NCBI GenBank assembly: GCA_965203055.1
Contig: OZ241863.1
Span: forward strand, 320,001 to 384,000
DNA length: 64,000 nt
Direction of reading: 5' to 3'
From: Spirochaetia bacterium
GTDB lineage: Bacteria > Spirochaetota > Spirochaetia > SZUA-6 > Bin103
Part shown: piece by piece, positions 63,417 to 64,000 of the stretch
Position numbering within the stretch: position 1 is the stretch's first letter
Layout of the letters: the number at the start of each line of letters is the position of its first letter
The notes under the pieces: generated by a model
What the model saw: only the letters and a program-made list of their open reading frames with translations
What the model was told of the DNA's origin: nothing
The model's database searches: none
Position numbers and translations under genes: made by a program

Positions 63417-64000
63417 TCAGATCAGCGGGCGCAGGAGCGGGGTCTCCGGCAGCTCGGCGCGCAGGCGCGCGAACACGTCCACGCCGCCGCGGTCGAGCGC
63501 CGTCGGATCCGCCAGCGGCAAGTCCACGCGCACCTGCTCCAGGCTGGAGAAGCAGGCCGCGGCCAGCACCTCCAATCCGGTGTAGGCGTGTTCGACGTCG
63601 CAGGGATGGTCCGGCAGCGCGCCCTCCAGCCAATCGGCAATCTGCACGGCGTAGGCCTGCTGAATGCGCGGCGACTCCCACTCCCAGCCGGCGCCGGGAT
63701 CTTCCGGCGAGTAGCCGGGGTTGGCGCCGCGCACCGGCTCCCCTCCGGTGGCGCGGCTCAGCGTTCCCCAGACGCCCGAGTTCTCCGCCCACACCGTACC
63801 CTCGCTGCCGTGTACCGTCAGCCGATTCACCTGCCAAGCGCCGCCCGAGTCGAAGCGCGGCGCCGCAGCGCCGTACTCGCCCATGGCGTAGACGCCGCCG
63901 GCGAGCTCCAACCGCACCAGGCACAGGTCAGGCGACGGGTGGACGTCCTGCAATTGGGTGCGTCCGTGGACGTGGCCCACCACCCAGCGCGGCGCCGCGA
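63417..64000 (-). CDS. C-terminal part of a probable Gfo/Idh/MocA oxidoreductase (5' end outside the window)
   Basis: Open frame to the window edge; ..PRWVVGHV, VHGSEG, HPCDVEHAY..LE....S.....RVDLPL resembles Gfo/Idh C-termini. Confidence 0.55.
   Translation of the reverse strand, partial: AAPRWVVGHVHGRTQLQDVHPSPDLCLVRLELAGGVYAMGEYGAAAPRFDSGGAWQVNRLTVHGSEGTVWAENSGVWGTLSRATGGEPVRGANPGYSPEDPGAGWEWESPRIQQAYAVQIADWLEGALPDHPCDVEHAYTGLEVLAAACFSSLEQVRVDLPLADPTALDRGGVDVFARLRAELPETPLLRPLI

Noticed and set aside
1..64000. tRNA, rRNA, IS transposase, phage integrase, reverse transcriptase
   Set aside because: No such motifs were recognised in the sequence or the ORF translations; by-eye screening could miss short or divergent elements.

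Overview
64 kb of high-GC bacterial chromosome. The solute-binding proteins have ...LFATG/...AIAGG-type signal peptides without a lipobox, which tentatively suggests a Spirochaetia-like host (inference only). Core content: four ABC importer clusters (three carbohydrate, one peptide), none with an ATPase in view; sugar and organic-acid catabolism (araB, mmsA/iolA, eda, RbsD/FucU, LarA-family racemase, two atypical sulfatase-like hydrolases); hemB, hisD, ppk2; and an FMN-riboswitch-controlled ribD / ribE-ribB fusion / ribH operon. Many defence-type or selfish genes are scattered among these, often solitary or broken: three Schlafen(AlbA_2)-GHKL proteins, a short DprA, an orphan DUF1156 adenine methylase, an AAA-PD(D/E)XK protein, MNT-HEPN and Phd-PIN TA pairs, an ABC-ATPase plus frameshifted TOPRIM-like partner, an orphan hsdS, AIPR, and two AAA_14/DUF4143 genes (one decayed). 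The most unusual items are: (i) a frameshifted HNH endonuclease gene with an in-frame array of six palindromic CTTCG-N4-CGA(A/G)G repeats separated by unique spacers; (ii) an NCS2-family permease with a degenerate substrate motif fused to an apparently catalytically dead RsbW-like domain; (iii) a DprA + Schlafen-GHKL-TPR pair; (iv) an operon of two Thr-nucleophile sulfatase-like enzymes plus LarA; (v) widespread apparently leaderless promoters. No rRNA, tRNA, CRISPR-cas, integrase or transposase was recognised. All family calls are by-eye motif recognition; no database searches were run.
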